Source of the DNA: Octopus sinensis
Taxonomy: Eukaryota
NCBI RefSeq assembly: GCF_006345805.1
Contig: NC_042998.1
Span: 155,496,001-155,560,000, forward strand
Reading direction: 5' to 3'
Length of the DNA stretch: 64,000 bases
The position numbers and the translations under genes are program-made. The notes beneath the pieces are model-generated. The model was not told the origin of the DNA, did no database searches, and worked only from the letters and a program-made list of their open reading frames with translations. Shown here one piece after another: positions 25,340 through 37,924 of the stretch (its first letter is position 1; every line of letters starts with the position of its first letter).

Positions 25340-27080
25340 TATCACCATACCAGCATAGTCTCCTTTCTTGAACACATCTAATTCCTCTTGTGCCAGTTTT
25401 TCATTCAGTATTTTTGTACTAATTCTTTCACACACTCACATTGCACATCCAACAGAACATGTTTGCTTCATCTTTTTCCAGTCTTCTCAAGTCCTCTGTA
25501 TTTAAGGCCCATGTTTTACAACTATGCAGCATTGTAATTCTAACACAAGCATTATACAATCTACCCTTTTCTCTTGGAGAAAAGACCCTTGCTGTCAACA
25601 GTGGCAGAAGCTCCCTGAACTTTCTCCAACCCATTCTTCCTCTAACTACTATACTTTTAAAGCAACCAACTCCCTTGCTAATCACATCTCCTGGTAACAA
25701 ATGTTCTACTACTTCTAACAACTCATCTGAATAATTAAGAGACACAGTTCCAGTGCATCATAAATGGAATTTACATTCTTGGATCTCTACAGGTGACTCT
25801 ACTACATCTCATGTGTCAATAGTTTACATCAAATACAGTAAAACCTTCATCTTTACTTTCCATACCTGGAATTTCTTCTGTAATTGGCATAGAGATCCAG
25901 CTATCAGACCTAGATCATTAGAATATAGGAGTTTCCATGTGGACAGCCAATCTTAAACTCCTCGGTAATGGCTTGACTATGATGGATAGATGACTGAGAA
26001 CTGACCCTTGATGGACTATTATTTTCACACTAAATTTATCCCTCAATGCCAACTCTCATTTTACTTACTGTGGCCGTGTACATAGTTTGAACTGCCTGCA
26101 CAAGCCATTTGTCTTCATCTAGTTTCCTCAGAGTCTACCAAATTACTAGATGTGATACACTGTTAAATGCTTTCTCTAAAATCAACAAAAGCTAGGAATA
26201 AAGGTAATTCTTAGCCAGGTATTTCTGCTGTAGTTAAGTCATTAGGAAGTTGCATCTGCATGCTTTTTCCAGGGATGAATTCAAACTGCATCTATCCAGA
26301 TATACTTTACCACAGATCAAATGGGCTTTCTCCATGATGTTCACAATTCTGTCTAGAAGTTTGATTCCTCTATAGATGCTTCTCTCTAAGGCATCACCAT
26401 TGCCCTTATAACAGTCTACATTGATATTGCTACATCAGTCATTGAGTATAACACCCTCCATCCTGAATGACTTTATTACCTATTTAAGTGGTAATCATGT
26501 ATTCTACTTCCCCAGATACTTTAAGCATCTCTGCAACTAAGCCTGATGAGCCTGCAACTTTCCCTTCCTTCGTATCCTTGATTACTTTATTTACCACACT
26601 GCTGTCAACTTGAATAGCTAGTCTCTTTATTGGATCAGCATAGGATAATCCTTGTGTAACCCATGCATTCTCCACATTCAGCAGCCTTTCATAATAGCAC
26701 TTTCTCACCATTTTTTTTTTTGTTCCATAACAATGATGAGTTTGCCTTTATCATTTGGAATACACTCCTCACCAATATCTTGATTCTCTCTAACACGTTG
26801 CCTTGCACTCCTGAATACTTCCTGCTTCTGATCACCATGTTGGAGAACATGAGCAAATCTCTTCCTTTCTGCTCACCTTTAGCCAAGCACACCTAACACC
26901 TAGATGCTCTTCTGGTCAATAGGTGGTGCTCCCTACTACTACTATCCTCCCAGTTTTTCTAAGCCTTTCTCTTGCCCTATCAACCTTATTGTTCCACCAC
27001 CATGTTACTTTTGGGTTGGCTGGACTTTGCACCAGCCACATATCCGATCTGTAGCCCTAAGCAGGCTATTTCAAGTACAC
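25340..27080 (-). mobile_element. Old decayed RTE family B copy
   Basis: KFRELLPLL, LYNACVRITMLHSCKTW, YYERLLNVEN...GLVAEMLK. Confidence 0.8.
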
Positions 27081-27285
27081 TCTTGGTTATCAATGCTATA
27101 GGTATCTAAATCTTCTTCCCTACAGACATGTGTGTCAGAATTTCTCTAAACCTATACCGAGTTGCTGGAACTTTTCATTTCCAACAGCAGATATAAAACT
27201 ATACCTGCTGATTTCTTTTTCTTCTAATAAATGTTTCGCTGAAATTCCTTAAAATAATACAGATAAGAACTGAGATTCAACAATA

Positions 27286-27652
27286 AAGGTGGCTGCATGG
27301 TAAGAAGCATGCTGCCCAACCACAAGGTTCCAGATTCAGTTTCACTGCGTGGCATCTTGGGCACTACAGTCTACTTTAGTCTCAGGCCGAACAAAGCCTT
27401 GTAAGTGGATTTGGTTGACGGAAACTCAAGGAAGCCTGTCGTATATATGCGTGTGTGTCCCCCCCACCATCGCTTGACAACTGATGTTGATGTGCTTACA
27501 TCCCTGTAACTTAGCAGTTCAGCAAAAGGGACCAATAGAATAAGTACTAGGCTTACAAAGAGTAAGTCCTGGGATCAATTTGTACAACTAAAGGCGGTGC
27601 TCCAGCATGGCCACAGTCAAATGACTGAAACAAGTAAAAGAATAAAAGAATA
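27286..27652 (+). mobile_element. tRNA-derived SINE
   Basis: colinear with 33187-33570; tail GGCGGTGCTCCAGCATGGCC...GTAAAAGAATAAAAGA. Confidence 0.85.
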
Positions 27653-27657
27653 CTCAC

Positions 27658-27833
27658 CAGCTATTTAGAGTTGCTTTCTTGCAGACTAACAACTCCACCC
27701 AGTCTTTATACTGTGACAGAGTAGCCATTAAACTTAGTCGAAATTCAGAACAAGAAACACAGTTCACATCCTTTTTAATTTTTAATTCCATTTTATCAGC
27801 AAAATTAACAAGTTGTTTCTTTATTTCAATGAC
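27658..27833 (-). CDS. Host exon, 176 nt, phase 0 to 2: VIEIKKQLVNFADKMELKIKKDVNCVSCSEFRLSLMATLSQYKDWVELLVCKKATLNS(W)
   Basis: acceptor ttttcttaatttag, donor CTG|gtgagt; 58 open codons in AT-rich DNA. Confidence 0.8.
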
Positions 27834-27947
27834 CTAAATTAAGAAAACTTTCTATGCATTAACTCATAAATAAGCAAAATATTCAAAAAAGATATTCATT
27901 TCTCCTTTATTTAATATAAATTATGACTCACCACGATGAAATATATA

Positions 27948-28164
27948 TGAGGGGATACTGAAAAGTTCCCAGCTTTGGGTAAAAGAAAATACAGGAGGAT
28001 CAGTTAATTATGATTTTATTGAATATATTCCCCTCTCAGATTCACACACATATTGCAGTGGTCCTTCAGTTTTTCTAAGTCCTGGAAATGAACTCTGAAG
28101 ATCAGTCCTCCAATCAGGCCTTTCATGATACCCTTGGAGCCAGGAACTTTTCAGCACCCCCTCG
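27948..28164. mobile_element. Mariner-type MITE
   Basis: TA TSD; TIRs TGAGGGGATACTGAAAAGTTCC and GGAACTTTTCAGCACCCCCTCG. Confidence 0.8.
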
Positions 28165-29146
28165 TAACTAGCTGACGCCATCTATAATTCTATTCAGATT
28201 TTACATATTTTTGTATGCTTTGTCAGAGTGGCAGTCACATATATTAACAGAATATATATATATTACATATAAAGAGAATTCATGATTTCTTTTCTATTTC
28301 CTTCCTGTTCTACCCAGCATGCACTGAACAAAACCAGGAAGCAAAAATGATTTTATATCAATGTTTTGTTTTTTACTCAATGAAATTACTTACTACATCA
28401 GAGCAGATTGAGAAGACAATACACACACAAGACGTACTAAAACAAAACTTTTCAAATTGATAATGTATGAAAGACCAGAAGACAGGCTGAGATGTACATG
28501 AACATAGGTACAGCAGTATATATTAGCATTGTAATTATTGACTTGAGACCTAGTAAACAATGATAAACACTAATTTTATAACTGATTTTTATAATGTAAT
28601 AAAAGAAAACCAGAAGACAGAGACTAAATTAACTTAACATGGATGATTATAAATTTTACTCAAAAAAAGTATTGTATAACCTTTAAGCAGTAAAATAACA
28701 ATAAATTGATAAAGACAACAGTTGAAAATTTACTTTATATGCTGCAAGTTAATGACTTCCCTGTGCCTGATGAGATCTAGCTAAATTTTCTATATCAGGT
28801 TCATTGTTAGACAAAAGAAGTCATAAGTCTCCTCTTTAACTTATTGCAAATTTATTTCATTGCTTAGAGTCAGCAGTATCAGCACTTGTGACACTGCACT
28901 GAATCCTTTCTCTATTGAATATGAAGAAAGAAAAGCAATGAGCAATAATTTCAATTCTTGCCAAAGTTGAGAATACTTGCTTTGCATTTTAGGCTAGAAT
29001 GATTGATAACCAAGCTGCTGAAAATATACTTTAGCTTTGAAATAATTTTTAAAGTCAATAATTTCTTTGTGCACATCAGAAAGAAATGGATTTATGACCC
29101 AATCAAGTACTTTAAGACGAATAAAATCTTTAAACCTTATCATTAA

Positions 29147-30573
29147 CCCTTTCGTTACTATATTTCTGACCAAAATACACCCCTCATGAGTTTCAATTAA
29201 ATTCTAAAATAATCATGAATTTAGGCTTGTTTCATTAAATAACTGTAACTTTTTTACTTATCAACATATTAATGTGATATTTGGAACATAATTAAAGAAA
29301 GGGTTCTTAATCAATTCTATTGCATAACTTTTGTCTCAAAGTGATTTTAATTACAGGTAAATCCAGGTAAATTGAGCAGAAGGTAAAAATATTAAAATTT
29401 TAAATTGAGCAAAAGGTAAAAATATTAAAATTTTGTTTAAACATCACCATAGAAAATGAATCATCAGCTAATATTCAAATGGGTATGCAACAAAATTTTG
29501 ATAAAGAATTGTGCACATCACTAGATCATCAGTTGAATTTAATGCACAATAGGTGTACCATAAAGGTGGAATAAACTGAAATACTGGAATCCACTGCAAG
29601 TTTGACCGAACTAAAGAAATCAGTCAAAAAATAATATACGGCCCTGGTTATGGTATGGAAGTGATAAATTCCAGACCACATCGTTCCCTAGGCCATCCTG
29701 ACTAACATTATTTTCCCTGTATAAAAACTAAATCCACAACAATACCCAGTATTTGCTTCAAAAATTTTCCAAACTTTGATCCCCCATTTTATGTTTTGTT
29801 TACATTCTGCGTAAATTTGTTTCCGCATTGATCGCTTCAAACAATAACTTCCAGACTACATCGTACCCTAAGCCATGCTGACTAACATTAGTTTCCCTGT
29901 ATAAAAACTAAATCCACAACAGTACCCAGTATTTGCTTCACAAATTTTCCAAACTTTCGTGTTTGTTTACAATCTGTGTAAATTTGTTTCCGAAGTGATC
30001 GCTTCAAACTAGCATACTGAAAAAAATAAAAGTCTAATGGTTTCGCTTCCTAAGAAAGACTATAGATAAACTATCTCCCCAGAAAAATTGCTAATAAAAA
30101 CATTTTTAAAGTTTTTTACTTCATTCCGATGTAAAACCGTCTTTGCTGTCGCCATCGCCGCTTTCTTTCTTCGGAATTGTTGCTTTCAGTTAACGGATAA
30201 AAAAATATCCTATTAATTATTGTACACCACGTGCTTTTGGCCTCATTGATTCTTTTTCTCGATATCTCCCTATTTTCCGTTGAAAAATCTTTAAATTCGG
30301 AATCAATGCTTGATAACATGAAACTCCTATCCATTTTCAAAGTTGAAGAAAAATCGATGCCGAAAAAAATCTCCCAAAATTCACTGAGTTGAGATATCAC
30401 TTCAAGCAATGTCGGATGCTATAAATTAACTATTTACAATGTGAAATCACATGTTTTAACAAATGTACCAACGAGATTTGGGTTCAAATTTACATTTGAA
30501 TAACAATAGGTTCTCTCGGCCGGGTTGGTATTATGAACCAAAAAATTTTTCAGCCAGGTTAGTAACGAAAGGG
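29147..30573 (-). mobile_element. Non-autonomous piggyBac
   Basis: TTAA TSDs; 13-bp TIR CCCTTTCGTTACT; internal duplication of about 120 bp; SIDSEFKDF remnant resembles the N-terminus of the piggyBac at 42371. Confidence 0.85.
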
Positions 30574-30889
30574 TTAAGTCTTCATTCATTATCTGCAGAT
30601 GAGAACAATAGCACTCTATATCCATATCTAATATTAAATTGCTATCATTGTTTTCTATTATGTGCAGGCTACGAAACTGTAAAAACCTCTCCTCCAGAAT
30701 TTCTTTGTTGAATGATTATTTCCTGTTAAATGCATTTATAATTCTCTTGGCTTTGATTAAATTCCTATTATGTCAGAAAAATATGCAATGTCAATTCTTT
30801 CATTGCTTAGTTTATTATACATGTTCTCATCATTTGAATTAAGAATTTCTAAAACAGTAAATAAAAATCACTTTAAACAGTTTCCAGTT

Positions 30890-32636
30890 GAGAGCCGTTG
30901 CACATCAGTACGAATCAACAGGTCCTCAAATTTTTCTTTTTTCCCTAGTAAAACTTAAGAAAAATATAGTCATTCACTGAATGAGTCTTGATTTTATTTA
31001 CATCATTCAATATCATGTAGTCAATCGCCAAGATGTTTTGCAACCAAATGTTCTTGATGAATAACACAATGAACTGCAAATATATGTGGAACTGCTTCCT
31101 TTAAATGAGCTATAAATCCATGATAACAGCCTATCATAGCTGGTGCTGCATTTGTTATACATGCAATGTAAGGGGATACCCAAAAGAAATCGGAATTTCG
31201 CACTATTAGTTTTCACTTAGTTTTACATGTTTACCCTTTTATCACCTTCAACGTATTCTCTATTTGAAGCAATACATCAGTCAAAGTGCATTTTCCACTG
31301 TTCGAAGCAGTGCCAGAACTCTTGCAAAGTGATGTCTTTTAACGCTTCCATCATCTTTTACCTTCACCTCTTCCACATCTGCAAATTCCATAGCACCAAC
31401 TTTCATCACCAGTGATGATCTTTAGAAAAAGGTCTGGATCAACTTCCAACTGTTCTTTCAGTTTACGACATGCATTCAGTCATAACTGCCTTTGATCTTC
31501 CATGAGCAAACAAGGCACAAATTTTGCTGCAAACTCTCTTCATTCACAATTCCTCACTCAAAGTTCATTGGCAGGACACATCAGTCATATCAACAAGTTC
31601 ATCAATTGTTTGGTGACAGCCCTCCAAGATCAGTTTATGAATTTTCATGTTTTCATTCGTCTGGGAAGTCAACAGTCATCCTGAACGAGGTTGGTCTTCA
31701 AACGACAAGTGACCATTCCTACAGCATGGACAGTACTCATAAACTTGTGTTTTGCTCATGGCAGTATCCTTGTAAGCTGTTTGAAGTATGACAATGGTTT
31801 TGGCTGCTGTTTTCTCCAGCAGAAAACAAGATTTCCCAGAAGCATGTTCTTCATTTCAGCCATCACAAAAAAATCCACAAACAGGGGAGAAACACTGCAA
31901 AACAATGATGCCACACATGGCAGTATGACTTCAGCTGACACCACTGGTTGGCAGACTAATGCTTGAAGGTTACATCAAGTGGCAGAAGCCGGAACTACAA
32001 TGGGCTTATTCTACAGAGAACGTTTGCAGTTACTTTTGGGTACCCACTCATATTTATGAATGGAATACTCTTAGCATTAAAGATTGGAGAACCTTTTGTG
32101 TCAAGTACCATTTTTTCAGAAAGCAGAAACTCTTCAATAATTTCATGAATTTGAATTTATATAACTGACATAGGCTGATAGCAAAGATTCATTGTTGCAA
32201 AAAGTTGACTCTTCAAGTTCTAAAGAAAATTATTAATTTTTTTAAAGATCATATAGTTTACTTTCCATATTGTTTACCCTGTCATCTATCCTTGCTTAAG
32301 AATTAATGCTGTGATAGCATTTTTACCTGAACAAATCATAGTATCCAAAACATCATTTATAACTGGTAAGAGGAGAGTTTCACCTAAAGTATATGATTTT
32401 CCATGTTTGGCAATTAATTTTGAAAGTTTTTAAAACATAACCATCCCCTTCTCTATATGCCTAGTTTGTTTGGTAATATCTAGATATATTTTCTGTAAGT
32501 GTTCAATCATTTTTGAATTTTCCATTGCTTCATTTGAGAATGTATTTTTACATGTTAAACGCAGTAGCAATTGCTCGTTATTTATAGATGTAATAAATCA
32601 ACTTAAGTATTGATGGCACTTTCTTTTTTCACTCAT
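30890..32636 (-). mobile_element. Decayed Buster/Charlie-type hAT transposase split by a mariner
   Basis: MSEKKKC..NEAM, GKSYTLGETLLLP, EESTF..LLSAYV, IACITNAAPAMIG..HCVIHQEHL. Confidence 0.8.
31171..32050 (-). mobile_element. Internally deleted mariner nested in the hAT
   Basis: TA flanks; degenerate TIR GGG(A)TACCCAAAAG; EDQPRSG, IITGDESWCYG, FADVEEVK. Confidence 0.8.
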
Positions 32637-32924
32637 CCTAATATAATATAATGGAGATCATAATATATGAAGAAAATAAACAAGACTGCATGCCTAAAAC
32701 ATATGATTCAAAACAGAATATCAAAAAGTAACTATTCTTGTTCAAACATGTCTTTAGTTATCATATATACATCTGCAGCATCAGTTTTTCCAGTAATTTA
32801 GCGCGCCAAATCGAGGACATTTGAAATATTAGCCACGAGTGTAATGGGTAGGACTGTTTTACAAGTCTGACTTTGTATAGACGCCATAGTATGCAGTCCT
32901 GCAAATTACATTCACCTGGGACGG

Positions 32925-32996
32925 TCGTACCGATGATCTACAGACAGTTACGTAAGTAAGATTGCATAATTTGTTGATAGTGAAACGTGTATACGA
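32925..32996 (+). ncRNA. Hammerhead-like motif, type I, U4C variant with degenerate stem II
   Basis: TCGTA-CCGATGA-...-GAAAC-GT-GTA-TACGA; perfect 5-bp stem I. Confidence 0.5.
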
Positions 32997-33144
32997 ATAA
33001 TCCATATTTTTATTACTTTTTCATTTGTCTTGCTCGATTATGTTTTGGTTGTTTTTGCTGAATTTTTTCTTGAGAACATTTCTCGGTGGTGAGACCGTAG
33101 CGGATCTATTTCTAGCATATGGGTGTCCACATAGTGGTTTTCCC

Positions 33145-33186
<42 letters not shown>

Positions 33187-33189
<3 letters not shown>

Positions 33190-33570
33190 CGCAGGAGTGG
33201 CTGTGTGGTAAGTAGCTTGTTTACCAACCATATGGTTCCGGGTTCAGTCCCACTGTGTGGCACCTTGGGCAAGTGTCTTCTACTATAGCCTCGGGCTGAC
33301 CAAAGCCTTGTGAGTGGATTTGGTAGACGGAAACTGAAAGAAGCCCGTCGTATATATGTATATATATATGCATGTGTGTGTTTGTGTGTCTGTGTTTGTC
33401 CCCCTAGCATTGCTTGACAACCGATGCTAGTGTGTTTATGTCCCCGTTACTTAGAGGTTCGGCAAAAAGAGACCGATAGAATAAGTACTGGGCTTACAAA
33501 AGCTTGATTAAAGGCGGTGCTCCAGCATGGCCGCAGTCAAATGACTGAAACAAGTAAAAGAGTAAAAATA
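33187..33570 (+). mobile_element. Full-length tRNA-derived SINE in (TA)n
   Basis: A-box-like TGGCTGTGTGG, B-box-like GGTTCAGTCCC, CCTTGGGCAAGTG core, tail shared with the CR1-like LINE. Confidence 0.9.
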
Positions 33571-33680
33571 GTATATATATAAGTTCAGTAAAAATTTAGA
33601 TTTAGTTGAATATGATGTACTTAAGTTAAAGGCACCAGAATTTAGTATGGTATTATCCATATAATTCAAAATGGGGTGAT

Positions 33681-33741
33681 TATAATCAAAATAAGCATCA
33701 AGGATATCCAGACGATATCCTTGTTGCTTATTTTGATTATA
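33681..33741. repeat. Near-perfect 61-nt hairpin
   Basis: 28-bp arms with 27 of 28 complementary, loop CAGAC. Confidence 0.9.
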
Positions 33742-34009
33742 TATATACACTTATCTCTCATTTTATTTTAATAACCCTTTCTAGTTTTATCATGTAGAAT
33801 ATAATTACTACTATAACTAAAATTTAGTATGTTAATTATGTTACCTCACCACCTACTTCAACATATCCAGTGTCACCTTGGAGGCAGAACCACCCAAATT
33901 GAGAACCTCTGCTATATACAGAGATGAACTTAAACACAGATATTAACACACATAACAAAAAATTATGTCAGTAACATTTTATCCATTTTAAACATATACT
34001 CACACTTAA

Positions 34010-34320
34010 ATGTGAGTAGCCATGCAGATCCCCTACAAGAACTTGCTCTACTTCACACTCTTTTTTTATAAGTTAACCTTCATCTGCTAACATAAAGCCC
34101 CTCTCCTTGAGTTTTGTAGGCTTTCAAGCTGCTCAGTGACCTGAGAGAAGCATCTGGTACACACTGTATAGTGGTTGGCATTAGGAATGGCATGTAGCCA
34201 CTGAAACCATGTAAAATTGGACATTAGAGCATGATATGATTCTTGGACCCAGTGGATCCTGTCAAACTGTCCAACCCTTGCCAGCATGGAAGATGGACAT
34301 TAAACAATGATGATGTTGAT
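34010..34320 (+). mobile_element. RTE family B 3' UTR and tail fragment
   Basis: CCAGCATGGAAGATGGACATTAAA..(TGA)n, reverse complement of the 7112-7170 tail. Confidence 0.7.
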
Positions 34321-34522
34321 AATGATTAAAATATTCTGAAGGTTGTTGTTATTTCCACAAAAGAATGGCAATACTGTCAGCAGGAACAAAAAGAATAATT
34401 TCAACATGAGCCTATGTGGTCAGTGAACATGCTAGAGACAGAAGCAAAAGTATTTCAGAAATCACACCTTACTATCAGCAATGATTTTGAGCATGTATGC
34501 AAATAAATACGCGCGCGCGCAC

Positions 34523-34559
<37 letters not shown>

Positions 34560-34574
34560 ACACACACACACACA

Positions 34575-35792
34575 CAAGGTCTTGCATATAAATTGAGACC
34601 AATTTTAAGCAGTTGACTTTGTGAGTTAAACGTTTCATTTTTTGACAAAACCTTGCTTGAAAATCTAATCCTCCTCTTTATTTTTCAGGTAAATAGCTAA
34701 CTGATTTGACAACAGAAAGTCATGGAACAACATAATCGTTCCACCATTGTTATTTGGGCATGTGCCAGGCACACTGTCAATAAAACTTAACGAAACTTCC
34801 AAAAGCAACAGTTTATCATGTGTATAAACAATTTAAAAAGGGAAAGATTGATAGAAAAGAACAGAAGACTCGAAGTGATTCCAAGCACAATCCATAGTTT
34901 CTCGTTGGCCTCAAACACTTGAATGAAACTAACCCATCCACATCCATGACAACTCTTGCAAAGAAATGCAATGTGTCCCTTTCCACAGTGCCCAGAGCTG
35001 TGAACAGGAACCTTGGCATGACTAACTATATTTAACAATGCCATCACCTCCTAACAGTCAAGGCCAAAGCAAACAGATCTGAGAGATGCCTAAAGCTTCT
35101 GTCATTCATCAAGCATCAAGGTGCATGAAAAACTCATGTTTGTGGATGAAAAGAAGTTCACTGTGGACATTGAGGTGAATTTCAGAAATTCTCGAGTGAT
35201 TGCATACAACCTTCTGACATCCCCACTGTGATTGAGACTAAGAATCCTCCCTCTGTGATGGTATTTGGAGCTGTGGTGAGTGATGGAAGAGTCTCGGATC
35301 CACACTTCATTGAGTCTTGCTCGAAGATCAGCACAGAGGACTATCTAGACATCCTGATGAACTCTCTGTTACCTTGGATAGAGCAGAAGTTTGGGCTTTA
35401 CAATGTGGTGCTTATCCAGGATTTTGAACCATGCCATGGGTCAAAAGCAACACCTTAATGAGAAGATGCCATTTTTTGTAAGGGCCAACATCTGGCCCAA
35501 TAATAGCCCCAAGGACCAATGCTTCACCACATTCATGTATCAACAGTTTGAAGACCTGCATTGTGCATGAGACATGCAAAATCAAAAAGGCAGAGGTTGC
35601 AGCAGCTATAAAAAATTTTCCTTCTCATGTGGTGGTAGTAATTGCCCAAAAGGGCAGCCATATTGAGTGACAGATGTTTTTGTTGTAATAAATGTTACAT
35701 TGAAATTATATCTTGTCTACTACCATTATTTCAGCATTTATAACCAGTTTTATGCATTGTAAATATTGTTTTAATTTATCTGCAAAACCTTG
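34575..35792 (+). mobile_element. Decayed Tc1/maT-like element
   Basis: TIRs CAAGGT(C/T)TTGCA(T/G)ATAAATT; FVDEKKFTVD, SVMVFGAV, IQDFEPCH, IWPNNSP. Confidence 0.8.
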
Positions 35793-36254
35793 TGTGTGTG
35801 TGTGTTTATGTACGTATGTGTATGTATGTATATATATATATTTATAATTGTTGAACACACATGCCTCGAGGTGCGCCAAAGATTTTTCTATTTTGGATAT
35901 ATTTGGGGTACTTAAGTCTGCTCGGGACTTGGTGCTTGCTTCTTCCATGGGTATGAATAAATATTTTATTTATATCTCGCGTATGTTTCGCTGAAGAGGG
36001 GAAATTTCTTGTGAATTAACCCCAAAATTGGACCAATACGGTAATAACAAATTTTTTTAGAGATTTCTATCGGTTTGTTTCGAGACGCATAAATTTAATG
36101 ATTATCGACAATTTTTTTGTTTCGGCGTATCTGGCATTAGAATTTTTCTTCTGCCCTTATCTTGTAAATTATATATATATATATATATATATATCTAAAA
36201 AAAATATATATATATACATATATATATATATGTGTGTGTATGTATGTATGTACA

Positions 36255-37300
36255 CCATAGCTGTTTAACATCCATTTTCCATGCTGACATGGGTCGGACA
36301 ATTTGACTGGTTACACCAGACTCCAACCTGATCTGGCAATGTTTCTACAGCTGGATGCCCTTCCTAATGCCAACTCTAAATCTCTGATCATGTGAAGGGT
36401 TCTTTAGCTTACAAATCCTTCTTTTCTGGATTAGTCTGCTTCTTGGCATCCTTCTGGCCTCGAGTCTAAAGTCACTAATGACTTGTCTATGCAGGGGAGT
36501 ACATTCATCACAAGGGAGGGTCTTTGTATTTAAGAGCAACCTTGCATCCCGTAATCTGGTGAGGATGAAATCAATCAGGCCAGCAGAGTCGCCTGATTGA
36601 TAGGTTATCAGGTGGTTTCTGGCTGCCTGAAGTTGGTGTTGCAGATTAATAGATTGCTTGCATCACAGAACTCCAGTAGCCTCTTCATTTCAGGAACCAA
36701 TTCCATGGCCCCCGTGAACACCATGGAAGATACCAAATCACAGTCCAACATTCCCATTAAAATCTCCAACTGCAAAGATGAAGTCATTGCCACTCATCTT
36801 TGAGGTAGCCTGTAGAACAGTATCATAAAAGTGGTCCTTCTGATCATTTGGCAGGCCTGCTTGTGGGGCATAGGTAGAGATAATTGTAGCTATACTCTTC
36901 TGCAAGACTAGCCTGAGCTTAAGCACTATCGCATACCCTCACTACCTCTATGACCTTATCCACCCATTTCTCTGCAAGGAGTATGCCTACACTCCCTACT
37001 CCATCACTGTTACCTTCCCAGAAGATTTTATACCTATGTACCTTGCCTGTGAGGACCCAGGCTGAAGTTCTTCTCCACCTTACCTCTTATATGCAGCATA
37101 CATCAACACATCTCCGTTCAAGCATCTCTACAATCTCACTAGAGCTATCTTTCAATGTGCCTACATTGACAGTGCCAACTCGAAAAACTGGGAAAGGTAT
37201 ATAGGAGGAGGCATCGGAAGGAGAGATGTTATTCAGTGCCTGAAAAGAAGATTTTTGTGTTCGTTTGATAGACATGCTACACCTGTTCTCACTTTTGACT
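36255..37300 (-). mobile_element. RTE family B deletion derivative: APE domain fused to the 3' tail
   Basis: FRVGTVNVGTL, STYAPQAG, VGDFNGNVG, ICNTNF; RT absent; tail at 36255-36375. Confidence 0.75.
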
Positions 37301-37821
37301 TGTCATCATTCAAACATGTTAAGATTCTTGCCTCTACCAGGGGTAGGAGTAAGTGTAAGCGGTATTGTAATTATAAGTATTATGAACAACATAAATTTAA
37401 GCAGATATCAGTATAAATAAATAAATATAAATAGATAAGAGTAAATATGAATATCAATATGCCAATGTTAAATTAAGTAGGTGGGCAGCTAAACTAGTTG
37501 CATTTGTCCTGGGAGAGAGAGGTGAGGAAGGAGGCAAAATTGCAGGTATGACAGAGGATACCACCAGTGAGGGAGAAGTTTCTGATGAGAGAAGAGAGAT
37601 GTCTGGTATTGATGATGGGGGTGGGAATGGGCAGGTGCATTGAACAAGCAAGGGTTAATTTAAGAGACAGTACAAAAAAAAAAAAATAGCCAACTTGAGA
37701 AGATGGGAGGGAAGGAGAGATAAGGGTGTTAGGGAGATTTCATTTCGGAATTACATGAAGAATTAAGGAGAAAACTAAGGCTGAGAGAGAGAGAGATTAG
37801 GAAGTTATATATTGAAGAGTC

Positions 37822-37852
<31 letters not shown>

Positions 37853-37878
37853 ATTAATAAAGCTGCAAAAACATCATA

Positions 37879-37924
37879 AAAACTGTTACTCAGAGTTTCA
37901 CATTCATATTCCTCAGACAGTTTT
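37879..37924 (-). ncRNA. Minimal type I hammerhead ribozyme in the left Penelope arm
   Basis: AAAACTGT-CTGAGGA-ATATGAATGT-GAAAC-TCTGA-GTA-ACAGTTTT; perfect 8-bp stem I. Confidence 0.78.

Noticed and set aside
32327-32383. Apparent exon GETLLLPVINDVLDTMICS with AG/GT ends
   Set aside because: It is part of the continuous hAT transposase remnant
33187-33260. tRNA gene (A/B boxes)
   Set aside because: Head of a SINE; no cloverleaf and it continues into the SINE body
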